47,567 nt of DNA, taken from contig JBMTHG010000001.1 in assembly GCA_049436045.1 (NCBI GenBank), forward strand, positions 1 to 47,567. The letters are read 5' to 3'. Below, one piece after another: positions 26,304-35,899 of this stretch. Source of the DNA: Bdellovibrionota bacterium. GTDB taxonomy: Bacteria > Bdellovibrionota > UBA2394. Position numbers and translations under genes: made by a program. A model generated the notes under the pieces. It was given only the letters and a program-made list of their open reading frames with translations, ran no database searches and was not told where the DNA came from. Every line of letters begins with the position of its first letter. Position 1 is the stretch's first letter.

Positions 26304-26708
26304 CTAGAGATTAGCTTTGACTTTGTTGGACTTACCGCCATCAGCTGCTGCTTTGGGAGATTCACTTTCGACGGGTCTTGCGGCCTCTCGTGCTGTGGCC
26401 TCTGCCACAGGTGGAGCGGCATTCGTTTGGCCTTCGCTGATAAGGTCTGAGGATCTGGCGCGAGCTAAGGCGTTTGATAAATTGTCTTTGGAACTGACGG
26501 GTGCTTTGGGAGACGAGCTTGTGTCAGCTGAAGCATCAGGCGCACTCACACGTTGCTCTTGGGCAGAGAGGCGACGAGCATCGGCTTGGTTCGATGCATT
26601 TGAAGAAGACGCAGCACTCTCATCCACTGGAACTTCGGCTTGTGCGCTGGGTGTTGCTGCCGCAGTCGCCTGTCTAACGTTTGAAGAACCTCCACCTGAA
26701 ATATCCAT
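26304..26708 (-). CDS. Ala/Ser-rich, probably disordered protein
   Basis: GAGGAGAGG lies 8 nt upstream of the ATG. It is co-oriented with the upstream gene. A competing plus-strand ORF (26317..26793) has no RBS. Confidence 0.5.
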   Translation of the reverse strand: MDISGGGSSNVRQATAAATPSAQAEVPVDESAASSSNASNQADARRLSAQEQRVSAPDASADTSSSPKAPVSSKDNLSNALARARSSDLISEGQTNAAPPVAEATAREAARPVESESPKAAADGGKSNKVKANL

Positions 26709-26832
26709 AACCTGTACCTCTCCTCACTCCTTAAAGAGCTTCGCCGCTCTTTATGATTATTCTTTCGACGCAGGGCCCCAAAATCTTAAGTAAAAAATTA
26801 AAAATCACAAAAAAATCAATAAAATCATATTT

Positions 26833-27615
26833 TTAGGCTGAAATCTGAGGCTCAATTAAGGCGTCCTCGGCGACATCAAAAGACACGATAGAGGCCTTTT
26901 TCGCATAGAGCCCGCCGACGAGATCTAAGAGTCGAAAGACCTCATTAATCTCGCTCTGAGGAATTTTTTTTGAGCTCAGCTTTCGAATATAATCCTTACA
27001 TTCAAGCTTATGAAGCCGAGCAATCTTTAGATGATTTCTGGCCTTTATTTCAAATTTCTCTCCCTCAAGATCGAAGTTTAATTTTTTGAGCATTTCAATA
27101 TGGTGACTCCAATCTTCAATCGCATTCAGATGTTGCTGATGCTGAATAAGATGATGACGAATTCGTGCAGTCACGGCTGTCTTATTTTTGATGATCTGAT
27201 CGACAAAGCGATTTGAAATCGCCTTCTTGAGGAGTTGTTTTCGACCGGGAACTTGAGAGATAAGTCTCCAATCAAGAATGAAAACTTCTTGCGAATCTGT
27301 TCCAACGAAAAAGCTCATCAGTTCATCAATTTTTTCTTCTTCTAGCTCGTTGAGGCTTTCAGTCTCTGACTGAAAATGTGCATTTTCAAAGCTGTGTTTA
27401 TGACCCTCTGAATCCCGCTTTGGTGACCATGCATCGGGGCTTTTTCGATCGCTGTGATCGCTGAGCTTTGATCGATCGACCAGAGAATCCACTTTTAGAT
27501 GTTCAAAACGGGAAGAAACTTTTTCAAGAGAGCTCCGAATTCCTTGAACGGCCACCTGCGATTGCTGATGATAAGCGTTTAATCGCTCTCTCATTTTAGG
27601 GTCAGCTCCATTCAT
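26833..27615 (-). CDS. Hypothetical protein
   Basis: A 260-aa ORF, His/Lys/Glu-rich and predicted helical. I recognised no motifs. Confidence 0.55.
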   Translation of the reverse strand: MNGADPKMRERLNAYHQQSQVAVQGIRSSLEKVSSRFEHLKVDSLVDRSKLSDHSDRKSPDAWSPKRDSEGHKHSFENAHFQSETESLNELEEEKIDELMSFFVGTDSQEVFILDWRLISQVPGRKQLLKKAISNRFVDQIIKNKTAVTARIRHHLIQHQQHLNAIEDWSHHIEMLKKLNFDLEGEKFEIKARNHLKIARLHKLECKDYIRKLSSKKIPQSEINEVFRLLDLVGGLYAKKASIVSFDVAEDALIEPQISA

Positions 27616-27779
27616 TAAAACTTCTCCTTGTTTCTAATGACTCACCACTCATGATCTACATCGGCAATTCACAGAAATTCTATAGGTCAAAATTGAGTCG
27701 CTGAGATGCCCTCGGTATGCAGAGATTTCATAGTGAAGTCCTAGATCGCCAGAAAAGCCGCCATAAAGAGTATTTTCAA

Positions 27780-27795
27780 TGGCAAGAATCTTGCA
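27780..27795 (+). promoter_or_regulatory. Sigma-54 promoter TGGCAA-GAATC-TTGCA
   Basis: It has one mismatch to TGGCAC-N5-TTGCA with correct spacing. It lies 25 nt upstream of ATG 27820, with GAGG between them. Confidence 0.6.
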
Positions 27796-27819
27796 TTTTT
27801 TGAGCCTAGAGGTGCGAAT

Positions 27820-28311
27820 ATGAGAAAAATAGCCGTTTATAGCTTTGTTTTAACAGCCATCATTTCTAGCTTCGTTGATGTCAGAGCTGAGAGTGTTGAT
27901 GCTCTCGAGGCCACGACTTATGAGTTCAAACTCTCTCAAATCACTCGAGATGAACTTTCTATTGTTGAGAGAATTTCAAAACTTCGCCAAGCCACAGAAA
28001 AATTGCCGGATGACTGGAAGTCGTCGATGAAAGTCGAGGGTGATTTTCTTTATAAGCAAGGTTTGATTTATGAGATCAATGAAATGGAGTTTCAGGCGGC
28101 CGCTCGTTGGGAAGTTCTTTTAAAAAATTTAGCGACGCTAAAAAAAGGCTCCGCTCAACTGACAGCCTTCGAGGCCAAAGATCGTGAAAAGCTTTCAGAT
28201 CTTTTAGCTCAACATCAAAAAATTAATTCGAAATTAGATCGATTTAACGCCCAGTTAAAAGAAGGAATTTTGTTGAACTTAGCAGATCGACTTCAGGCGA
28301 CTTCGAATTAA
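27820..28311 (+). CDS. Exported helical hypothetical protein
   Basis: The signal peptide is [27 protein letters not shown] lies 7 nt upstream of the ATG. Confidence 0.6.
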   Translation: MRKIAVYSFVLTAIISSFVDVRAESVDALEATTYEFKLSQITRDELSIVERISKLRQATEKLPDDWKSSMKVEGDFLYKQGLIYEINEMEFQAAARWEVLLKNLATLKKGSAQLTAFEAKDREKLSDLLAQHQKINSKLDRFNAQLKEGILLNLADRLQATSN

Positions 28312-29519
28312 GATTTTTTGATTTTGATCCATCGCCGTTTGCCTACTTTTAAAATGAATCCGTCAGGCAAGTGGCTCAAATCGTGCTCCAAACTCAACTT
28401 CGTTAAATTGGAATTTTGGCCTTCAGCATAAGAAACGCCGCCTTGCTGAAAAGCTCTCTTCGCCTCATTTTTTGAGGGAAAAACCTTCGCTGCAACGAGC
28501 TGGTCTAAGAGATTAGATTTCTCTTCTAAAACGAGCTCCTCTGAAATGTCAGAAGGGATCTCTTTCTTTGAAAACTCTGAAACAAACTTTTCGACTTCTT
28601 GTTGGGCAATTTCAGGATTGTGATAAAGGCTCACAATCTCTTTGGCCAATCGAATTTTAGCGTCCCGCGGATGTGAAGACAGCACAGACTGAATCTCGTC
28701 TTTAGGAACTCGCGTGAGATATTCAAAATACTTAGGCATCAGATGATCTGGAATGCTCATGAGGCGTCCAAACATTTCGTGTGCGTCATCTAAAATGCCA
28801 ATTGAGTTGCCCAATGACTTACTCATTTTCTCAACGCCATCGATTCCTTCAAGCAAGGGTAAGAGAATTAGAACCTGCTGCTCTTGGCCATGGTGTTTTT
28901 GAAGATCGCGCCCCACAAGAAGATTAAAGCGCTGATCTTGCCCGCCGATTTCGACGTCGGCTCGAAGTGCCACAGAGTCATAACCCTGCATGAGAGGATA
29001 TAAAAACTCATGAATCGATATGCTAATACCATTTGCGTATCGGTTCTTAAAGTCTTCTCTTTCAAGCATTCTTGCGACGTTCATTTGAGCGGCCAATTTA
29101 ATGATGTCTTTCGCCTGAAGGGCATCACACCATTTTGAGTTAAAGACCACTTGAGTTTTTCTTTCATCTAAAATTTTAAAAACTTGATCCTGATAAGTGG
29201 CGGCGTTTTTTTTAATCTCTTCTTCATCAAGCGGGGGCCGAGTTTTATTTTTACCTGAGGGATCTCCAATTCGCGCTGTGAAGTCGCCGATGACAAAAAG
29301 AACCTCATGACCAAGATCTTGAAAATCTCTTAATTTTCTGAGTCCTAAACTGTGTCCTAAATGAAGATCAGGGGCCGTGGGATCAAAGCCCATTTTGATT
29401 TTTAACGGACGGCCCTCTGATTTTGATTTCTTTAACTTTTCAATCAGTTCGGATTCTTGAATCACCTCGACGCAGCCACGTCTAATCACTTCCAATTCTT
29501 TGCTAAAAAGATTCGGCAT
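28308..29519 (-). CDS. tyrS: Tyrosine--tRNA ligase
   Basis: The HIGH-type motif [14 protein letters not shown], and a C-terminal S4-like domain are present. Confidence 0.9.
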   Translation of the reverse strand: MPNLFSKELEVIRRGCVEVIQESELIEKLKKSKSEGRPLKIKMGFDPTAPDLHLGHSLGLRKLRDFQDLGHEVLFVIGDFTARIGDPSGKNKTRPPLDEEEIKKNAATYQDQVFKILDERKTQVVFNSKWCDALQAKDIIKLAAQMNVARMLEREDFKNRYANGISISIHEFLYPLMQGYDSVALRADVEIGGQDQRFNLLVGRDLQKHHGQEQQVLILLPLLEGIDGVEKMSKSLGNSIGILDDAHEMFGRLMSIPDHLMPKYFEYLTRVPKDEIQSVLSSHPRDAKIRLAKEIVSLYHNPEIAQQEVEKFVSEFSKKEIPSDISEELVLEEKSNLLDQLVAAKVFPSKNEAKRAFQQGGVSYAEGQNSNLTKLSLEHDLSHLPDGFILKVGKRRWIKIKKS

Positions 29520-30312
29520 CAATCTGTCTCACTCTCTCTATATTAAGACATCGACCGCTTGTTGGATCAATTTGAAAGATAACTCCTTGCAAAATACCTC
29601 GCCCGTCAGCGACTTCCATTCGAATCGGAATCTTCTTCAAAAATCTTTGCACAATGATTTCAGTTTTCATTCCGATAATCGAATCATAGGGCCCGGTCAT
29701 TCCCGCATCACTCAAGAAGCCTGTGCCCTGAGGTAAAATGCGTTCGTCGGCTGTTTGAACATGAGTATGCGTTCCAGAGAGACAAGAAATTTTGCCGTCG
29801 AGATACCAAGCCATCGCCGCCTTTTCACTCGTGGCCTCAGCGTGAAGATCTACGAAAATCATGCGGCACTGGTCTTTGATTTTTTCGTAAATACGATCAA
29901 ATTCTTGAAAGGGGCAATTTAGGGGATCCATAAAAACTCGCCCCATGAGATTGATGATTCCGATCGAGTGAGAACCAACTTTTAAAACACTGTAACCCTT
30001 GCCACTTAGTTTATCTGGATAATTGGCTGGCCTTAGCACTCGATCTGGATATTTAGCAAAAACGCTCTCGATATCTTTTTTGTCCCAAGAGTGATTGCCT
30101 CCCGTGAGAGCGTTCACGCCAGCCTGAAAAATTTCTTCCGCCACAGTTGGGGTCAGTCCAAAACCATGGGCTGCGTTTTCAGCATTGGCTATCGTGAGAT
30201 GAATGTTTCGCTCTCGTTGAATGGAAGGCAAAAACTTCTTTAAAGCATTTCGACCTGAAGAACCAACGATGTCTCCAATAAATAAAAAATTGAAAGTTTG
30301 CATGAGCCGCAT
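29503..30312 (-). CDS. ymdB: YmdB-like metallophosphoesterase (TIGR00282 family)
   Basis: [33 protein letters not shown] and [11 protein letters not shown] are present. Confidence 0.8.
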   Translation of the reverse strand: MRLMQTFNFLFIGDIVGSSGRNALKKFLPSIQRERNIHLTIANAENAAHGFGLTPTVAEEIFQAGVNALTGGNHSWDKKDIESVFAKYPDRVLRPANYPDKLSGKGYSVLKVGSHSIGIINLMGRVFMDPLNCPFQEFDRIYEKIKDQCRMIFVDLHAEATSEKAAMAWYLDGKISCLSGTHTHVQTADERILPQGTGFLSDAGMTGPYDSIIGMKTEIIVQRFLKKIPIRMEVADGRGILQGVIFQIDPTSGRCLNIERVRQIDAESF

Positions 30313-30349
30313 GCTTATCAGAATTTATGAGGATGCAAAAGCCGTCAGC

Positions 30350-30940
30350 CTAGATTTTAGTGCGTTTCGAGCCCCAAAGACCGGCAGGACTAAAAATATA
30401 GTCCATTCGTTGATCGTGAGTCTCCTCGGGCCATAACTCCGAGCTAATTTGTTCTTCAAAGGCGAGTCCAAGCCGGAGGAGTTCCGGGAACTGACTGAGA
30501 AATCGATCGTAGTAGGCCTTTCCGTAGCCGATTCGTTGCCCTAATCGATTGAAAACAAGCCCAGGTACGAGAGCCACGCCAGAATTTTCTCCATTCCATC
30601 GAATAGCGGTTTCGGGGGGCTCCAAAAGAAATCCCGTTGGAACCAACTGATCCCATGCGCTCACTAAATGAAAATGCAAATCTGATTTTACGCAGCGAGG
30701 AAAGAAAACCTTTTTATTGTGCTGAATCAAAAACTCGAAAACAGACTGTGTTGGAAACTCTTCGTTGACCGAGGCATAAATCAGCCACGATTCAAAATTG
30801 AGAAAACTTTGGAGCTGTTGAAGAAAGGCAAAATCAAGAGGCCTTTGAAAAGCCTCGCTTCTAATCTTTCGATATTTTTCGCGTAGTTTTGTTTTCAAAA
30901 GAAAAATCTGCTCCCACTTGTACCGAGACGAAGAACTCAT
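30350..30940 (-). CDS. ygfA: 5-formyltetrahydrofolate cyclo-ligase
   Basis: The C-terminal GQRIGYGKAYYDRFL motif is present and the size (196 aa) is typical. Confidence 0.75.
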   Translation of the reverse strand: MSSSSRYKWEQIFLLKTKLREKYRKIRSEAFQRPLDFAFLQQLQSFLNFESWLIYASVNEEFPTQSVFEFLIQHNKKVFFPRCVKSDLHFHLVSAWDQLVPTGFLLEPPETAIRWNGENSGVALVPGLVFNRLGQRIGYGKAYYDRFLSQFPELLRLGLAFEEQISSELWPEETHDQRMDYIFSPAGLWGSKRTKI

Positions 30941-31231
30941 TTGAACCCAGCTATGCTAGGTGGGGTCCGTGGTAGACAACTTCAGGCGCACTTCGAAAAG
31001 TGAGCTCACCGTTTCCAGGGACAGACCCCTTTCAAAAAACTTATCGGTTCAAAAATATATTTCTTCAACCGAATACCGCAGGAGCAGATACCTCTACTTT
31101 ATTAGATTCCTGACTTCTCGCCTAGTGCATTTGCAAACGGAGCCAAAAATTTTTTAAATTTTGTTGATCGAGGGGCTATTGACAAAAACTTTTTGTCGCC
31201 AGGTCTTTACGAAAGTTAGAAAGTACTATCT

Positions 31232-32023
31232 ATGGGGTTAAAAGAGCTAAAAAAACTTTTTTGGTCGAAAAAAGTTTTCCTTTTCGATTTGGATGGAACT
31301 TTATACCTGGGGGATCGGGTTCTTCCGCGCGCTAGGGCATTGATTCAGAGAATTGAATCACATGGAAAACGGGTTTTCTATTTCACAAATAACTCGTCTC
31401 GATCTGTAAGCGACTATGTTTCAAAGCTCACTAAAATGGGTTTCTCGTGTCGACCGCATCAGGTTGTGATGTCGACCCATACGCTGATTTCAGAGCTTCA
31501 TCGAGATGGCATTAAGAGGATCTTTCTTTTGGGCACTCCCGCCATGCGAAAAATGCTGACCTCAAGCGGCATTTCCACTCATGAACATCACCGAGCTCAA
31601 GCCGTGGTCGTGGGCTTCGACAAAACTCTGACCTACAAAAAGTTGGAGCAAGCCGCTTTTTTGATTCATCAAGGCCTTCCATATTACGTGACCCATCCAG
31701 ATCTGTTTTGTCCGACGGATAAAGGCCCTCAGCCAGACTGCGGAGCCATGGCCGAGGCTCTATCTTTGGTCACCGGCAAAAAAGCAAAAAAAATCTTAGG
31801 AAAGCCCCATCCCCTGATGATTCGAGAGGTGATGAAGCGAGTGAAATGTCGAAAATCTGAGATGATCATTATCGGAGATCGTGTGGCAACGGATCTCATG
31901 CTAGCAAAGCGAGCTGGAATTGATGGGCTATTAGTTTTGAGTGGAGATTCCAAGAAAGAAGAACTAAAGACGCCTCATTTTAGAGCCTTCTCGGCGGTAA
32001 GCTCGGTGGCCGATTTATTGTAA
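31232..32023 (+). CDS. HAD-IIA family hydrolase (NagD-like)
   Basis: Motif I FLFDLDGTLY, FFTNNSSRS and IIGDRVATD are present. Confidence 0.75.
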   Translation: MGLKELKKLFWSKKVFLFDLDGTLYLGDRVLPRARALIQRIESHGKRVFYFTNNSSRSVSDYVSKLTKMGFSCRPHQVVMSTHTLISELHRDGIKRIFLLGTPAMRKMLTSSGISTHEHHRAQAVVVGFDKTLTYKKLEQAAFLIHQGLPYYVTHPDLFCPTDKGPQPDCGAMAEALSLVTGKKAKKILGKPHPLMIREVMKRVKCRKSEMIIIGDRVATDLMLAKRAGIDGLLVLSGDSKKEELKTPHFRAFSAVSSVADLL

Positions 32024-32147
32024 ATTTGGGGGCGTTGACCTTTTGGGTTCTGCTTGATAGACAAGGGGCGCATGTGGATAGATGTTTTACGACGAGCGCT
32101 CCTTGGAATCTCTTTAAGTATCTGGGCATTGTTTTTGGTTTGAATCG

Positions 32148-32822
32148 ATGAATTTGAGTTTTTCTTTTAAAGGCTTCTTTTTCGCTGGGCCCCTTTTGGC
32201 CGCTCTCATTCTCATCAATTTGAGCGCATGCGGACCATTGGGTAAGGTTGGGCCAATCACTGATCCTCGTGACCCTAGATATTCAAAAGTGCCGATAAAC
32301 TCTTCTCCAGATGCGATCGAAGCGATTAAGCAAGGCTCGGTCGTATCTCAGGATTCTCAACAGATTGGTGGAAAGTCTTCAAAAATTGATTTTGCTGAGT
32401 TACAAATTTTGACCGAAACCACATCGCCACTTAACTGTGAAGCCGTCACATCAGACGAGTTTTTTGAGTCGGCAGATTTTGAGGGCTATCTTTCTGAGTT
32501 TGGTGAGGTTGTTTTGAAATCCGACAAAGCCTCGAATTCGTTGATCAACGTAGAATTTAGAGCCATCGGATTAGACGAGGGAGCCTTTCGTACGAGCTTC
32601 GTCGATGGTAAATCAAAAACGAAAGTTCCTTACAATTTGAAGCTTTCTTTTTTGCCGAATAAATCAATCAGACTTCGATATCTTGATCGAAGTGTTGATC
32701 TTCAGCTCGATAAAACCCCGATCTATAGCGTTTCAATCCTTGAGCAAAGGGCGGGCTGTGAAATCACCCATAATCTCAATGTTTTTGCCAAGGTTTCAGG
32801 ATCATTCAATCGTCCTGAATAG
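32148..32822 (+). CDS. Lipoprotein, function unknown
   Basis: The signal peptide carries the lipobox LSAC (LILINLSACGPLG). Confidence 0.6.
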   Translation: MNLSFSFKGFFFAGPLLAALILINLSACGPLGKVGPITDPRDPRYSKVPINSSPDAIEAIKQGSVVSQDSQQIGGKSSKIDFAELQILTETTSPLNCEAVTSDEFFESADFEGYLSEFGEVVLKSDKASNSLINVEFRAIGLDEGAFRTSFVDGKSKTKVPYNLKLSFLPNKSIRLRYLDRSVDLQLDKTPIYSVSILEQRAGCEITHNLNVFAKVSGSFNRPE

Positions 32823-33927
32823 TTATTTTTTTAATAAAAATGCCTCTACAAAGTCTTCGAGTTCGCCATTGAGAACCGGGTCTACATTTCCAGTTTCGAA
32901 TTGTGTGCGATGATCTTTGACGAGGCGATAGGGTGCTAAAACATAGGAGCGAATCTGACTACCCCAACTGATTTCACGCTTCTCAGCATTCTTGGCATCA
33001 ATTCCCGCCTGACGTTTTTGCATTTCAAGTTCATAAAGCTTACTTCGTAACATGGTCATCGCCGTCGCTCGGTTTTGATGCTGTGAGCGTTGGTTTTGAC
33101 AGCTCACCACAATTCCTGTCGGCTCATGAACGATGCGCACGGCAGATTCTGTCTTGTTGACGTGCTGGCCACCGGCTCCGCCAGCACGAAAGGTGTCAAC
33201 TCGAAGATCTTCAGGACGAATTTCAATCTCAATGCTTTCATCAATTTCTGGAACCACGTCCACGGCGGCAAACGAGGTATGCCTTCGCTTGTTGGCATCA
33301 AAAGGTGATATTCGAACGAGTCGGTGCACCCCACGTTCGGATTTGAAATATCCATACGCGGATGGCCCTCGGCAAATGAATGTGCAAGATTTGATTCCGG
33401 CTCCGTCTCCCATTTGCTCATCGACAAGCTCGACCTGAAAAGACTTTCGATCAGCATAACGCATGAGCATTCGTTGTAAAATCTGAGCCCAGTCTTGAGC
33501 TTCAGTGCCACCTGAGCCAGAATTGATGCTTACGATGGCGGGGAGTTTATCTTCGGGTTCACAGAGCATTTGTCGAAGCTCGAGGGCTCGCGTTGCCGTT
33601 TCGAGCTGAGTCAGCTCAGTCGCCGATTCAACAATCAAATCATCGTCGTCACTGGCGATTTCTAAAATCTCTTCAATGTCTTTAAGACCTGTGTCGGTTT
33701 TGTCAAAAGGATCGAGGATCTGAGAAATTTCTCCAATTCTCGAGTTAGCCTCTTTCGCGCGTTGGGGATTATCCCAGAATCCCGGAAGCGCAGATTGCTC
33801 TTCTAAAGAGGCGCGTTCGTCTCGAAGTTTGTCGACGTCAAAGTAGCCTCCGTAAACTTTGAATTCTTGAGCTTAGGATCTTGATCTTTGAAAGAAGATC
33901 TTCTTTTTCGGGCTTTTTACTTTCCAT
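32823..33927 (-). CDS. prfB: Peptide chain release factor 2, requiring a programmed +1 frameshift (frame 0 is 33927..33841; the +1 frame is 33839..32823)
   Basis: Frame 0 encodes MESKKPEKEDLLSKIKILSSRIQSLRRLL, then UGA. The +1 frame continues DVDKLRDERASLEE... and carries SPF (VRISPFD) and GGQ (AGGAGGQHVNKTESAVR). Confidence 0.9.
33837..33851 (-). promoter_or_regulatory. RF2 autoregulatory frameshift site GGAGG-CUA-CUU-UGA-C
   Basis: An internal SD-like GGAGG lies 3 nt before the slippery CUU UGA C. This is the same geometry as E. coli AGGGGG-UAU-CUU-UGA-C. Confidence 0.9.
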
Positions 33928-35420
33928 AATCCGACGATAGCAAAGATGACCAGCCAAATCCACTGCATCAATGGAAAAGTCAAAACGAAAAAGCTTTGTC
34001 TGGCATTTTTATTGAGCTTCACTTCTGTCACGAGGCTTTCTAATTTTTCCATCGGGATTTCTTCTGAAGTGCCGTTAAAATCATAACTCACACTGAGGCC
34101 CGTATTCGTGGCACGAACCATGGGAATTCCCGTTTCAAAAACTCTCATGCGGGCAATCAAGGCATGTTGTCTTTGAGCGGAACTTCGTCCGTACCAGGCA
34201 TCATTTGTCATATTCACCAAAATGTCAGCGCCTTTGCGAACAAGATCAACGCTTCGGCGGCTAAAAATATCTTCATAGCAAATCAAAGGCCCAAGCTGAA
34301 TGCCCGAGGCCAGTTGAAAAACTTTTTGATTGGCGTTTCCGGGTACGAAGCGTCCGACATTGGCGACAAGTTTTTCGAAAGGCAAAAAGCTTTCGAATGG
34401 AACATACTCTCCAAAAGGAACAAGGTGCAGTTTATCAAATCGAGAAAGAATTTGATCGTCTTGAATCAATAGGGCGGAGTTGTAGTTGATCATTCGATTG
34501 GAAACAACCGCTCCTATAATGGAGGGCACCGGCGATCGAAAGGGAACCGTTCGTTGGAATTCGGCGATTAAAAATGGATAAGATGTTTCGGGCCAGACAA
34601 TCAATTCAGGTTTCGATGAAAGAAGATCGTCGCTGAGACTGATCAAAGTTTGAAGATTGCTCGAAGCACTCTCCGCATCCCATTTCATGCTCTGCGGAAT
34701 ATTAGGTTGCACTAAACCAACTCGTAAGCTTTCTGAGCTCTCCTGAGATTTAAGAGAATAGCTGCTGGCAAATCCAATGACAAAAAAAGCGATGAGCAGC
34801 CCAAGACTCCAGCGCCAACTTGATTTTTCTTCTAAAAGCTCTCGACTAAAGATGAGGCAACTCAGAGCAAAAACCCAAAAGAAGCTAAGACCATGAACAC
34901 CAAAAACTGAAGCAAATTGACCAACCCAAGGCCAAGAAGAGAACGCATAGCCAAGCTCCGCCCAAGTGAAACCGGTAATCACATATTCCCTTAAGCTCTC
35001 TAAGCTCGCCCAAAGGCAGGCCCACAAAAAGCAACGAGTGAAGGGAGCTCGATCTAGAATCCATGGCGAACCAGCAATCGCCGCCCAAGCACCAAAATAG
35101 AGCGCACAATACGCAGCAAGTAGCATCGCCACGACAAAGCTGGTGAGAGAGGGGAGATTGCCAAACTGCTGAAGGGCGATATCAATCCAATAGAGACTCG
35201 TTAAAAAATAAACGAAGCCGCCTAAAAATCCATAACTAAAGCGAGACCAAGCGTGAAGAGCTCGCGACGAAAGTCGAAGAAGAACGATGAGTGCCAGGGA
35301 GCTGACGAGGAAAGTCCACCAGCTCGGATTGATTTCAAATCCTTCCCAGCGAAAGGGATGAGCCAAGCTTAAAATCATACCTGCCAAGATCACGCCTATC
35401 ACGCTCAGCATATGAATCAT
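33873..35420 (-). CDS. lnt: Apolipoprotein N-acyltransferase
   Basis: A polytopic N-terminal half is followed by a CN-hydrolase domain, with E in IVWPETS, K in KLHLVPFGEYVPF and C in GPLICYEDIF. Confidence 0.85.
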   Translation of the reverse strand: MIHMLSVIGVILAGMILSLAHPFRWEGFEINPSWWTFLVSSLALIVLLRLSSRALHAWSRFSYGFLGGFVYFLTSLYWIDIALQQFGNLPSLTSFVVAMLLAAYCALYFGAWAAIAGSPWILDRAPFTRCFLWACLWASLESLREYVITGFTWAELGYAFSSWPWVGQFASVFGVHGLSFFWVFALSCLIFSRELLEEKSSWRWSLGLLIAFFVIGFASSYSLKSQESSESLRVGLVQPNIPQSMKWDAESASSNLQTLISLSDDLLSSKPELIVWPETSYPFLIAEFQRTVPFRSPVPSIIGAVVSNRMINYNSALLIQDDQILSRFDKLHLVPFGEYVPFESFLPFEKLVANVGRFVPGNANQKVFQLASGIQLGPLICYEDIFSRRSVDLVRKGADILVNMTNDAWYGRSSAQRQHALIARMRVFETGIPMVRATNTGLSVSYDFNGTSEEIPMEKLESLVTEVKLNKNARQSFFVLTFPLMQWIWLVIFAIVGLWKVKSPKKKIFFQRSRS

Positions 35421-35464
35421 TTTCTAAGATTAAGTTGAGCGCATCGTGAAGGGCTAGTGAGAAA

Positions 35465-35899
35465 TTACATTTTTTTGGACAAGCCGACGAAATAGCTTTC
35501 ATAAAAACTCATGAAATCTGCTTCGGGGGCTATTTCGTGGTCAAAGCCATAGAGATGTAAAACTCCATGAATGAAAAGCTCAAGGCACTCTTGTTCGAAT
35601 GAATGAGAAAAATCCCGTGCCTGATTTTCTGCGGTTTCGAGATCAATAATGATGCTTCCCAAAAGCGGACGACGATCAGAAGGAAAGCTTAAAACATCAG
35701 TGGGTTTGTTTTTTTTTCGAAACTTGAAGTTGAGTTTCTGCATCTCACGGTGATTGGTGAGCAGAAGTTCGATGGCGTCTTTTTCGTCGCCAATTTGCTT
35801 TCGCATCTCAAGGAAAATCCTTCGAAATCTCTTCATTCTAAGTCTTTTTGCTCTGAGAGCAGAGCCCGTTTCGATATGAATTGAGAAATCAGTCATCAA
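35465..35899 (-). CDS. ybeY: rRNA maturation endoribonuclease YbeY
   Basis: The HGVLHLYGFDHE zinc motif is present. Its start overlaps the upstream stop as ATGA. Confidence 0.9.
   Translation of the reverse strand: MMTDFSIHIETGSALRAKRLRMKRFRRIFLEMRKQIGDEKDAIELLLTNHREMQKLNFKFRKKNKPTDVLSFPSDRRPLLGSIIIDLETAENQARDFSHSFEQECLELFIHGVLHLYGFDHEIAPEADFMSFYESYFVGLSKKM

Noticed and set aside
26317-26793. Long antisense or shadow ORFs in the six-frame track, for example 26317..26793, 46830..47453 (several), 11923..12384, 10088..10856, 3202..3531, 1538..1798, 33104..33511 and 36923..37231.
   Set aside because: Each lies entirely inside or opposite a gene with clear family motifs, or arises from low-complexity GC-rich repeats. 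None has an RBS or recognisable motifs.
31131-31146. TTGGCTCCGTTTGCAA on the minus strand upstream of ygfA, looking like a sigma-54 promoter.
   Set aside because: The spacing between GG and GC is 2 nt short, so it is not a credible -24/-12 element.
32123-32138. TGGGCATTGTTTTTGG upstream of the lipoprotein gene.
   Set aside because: The -12 element reads TTGG rather than TTGC and the -24 T is missing. It is too degenerate to call.
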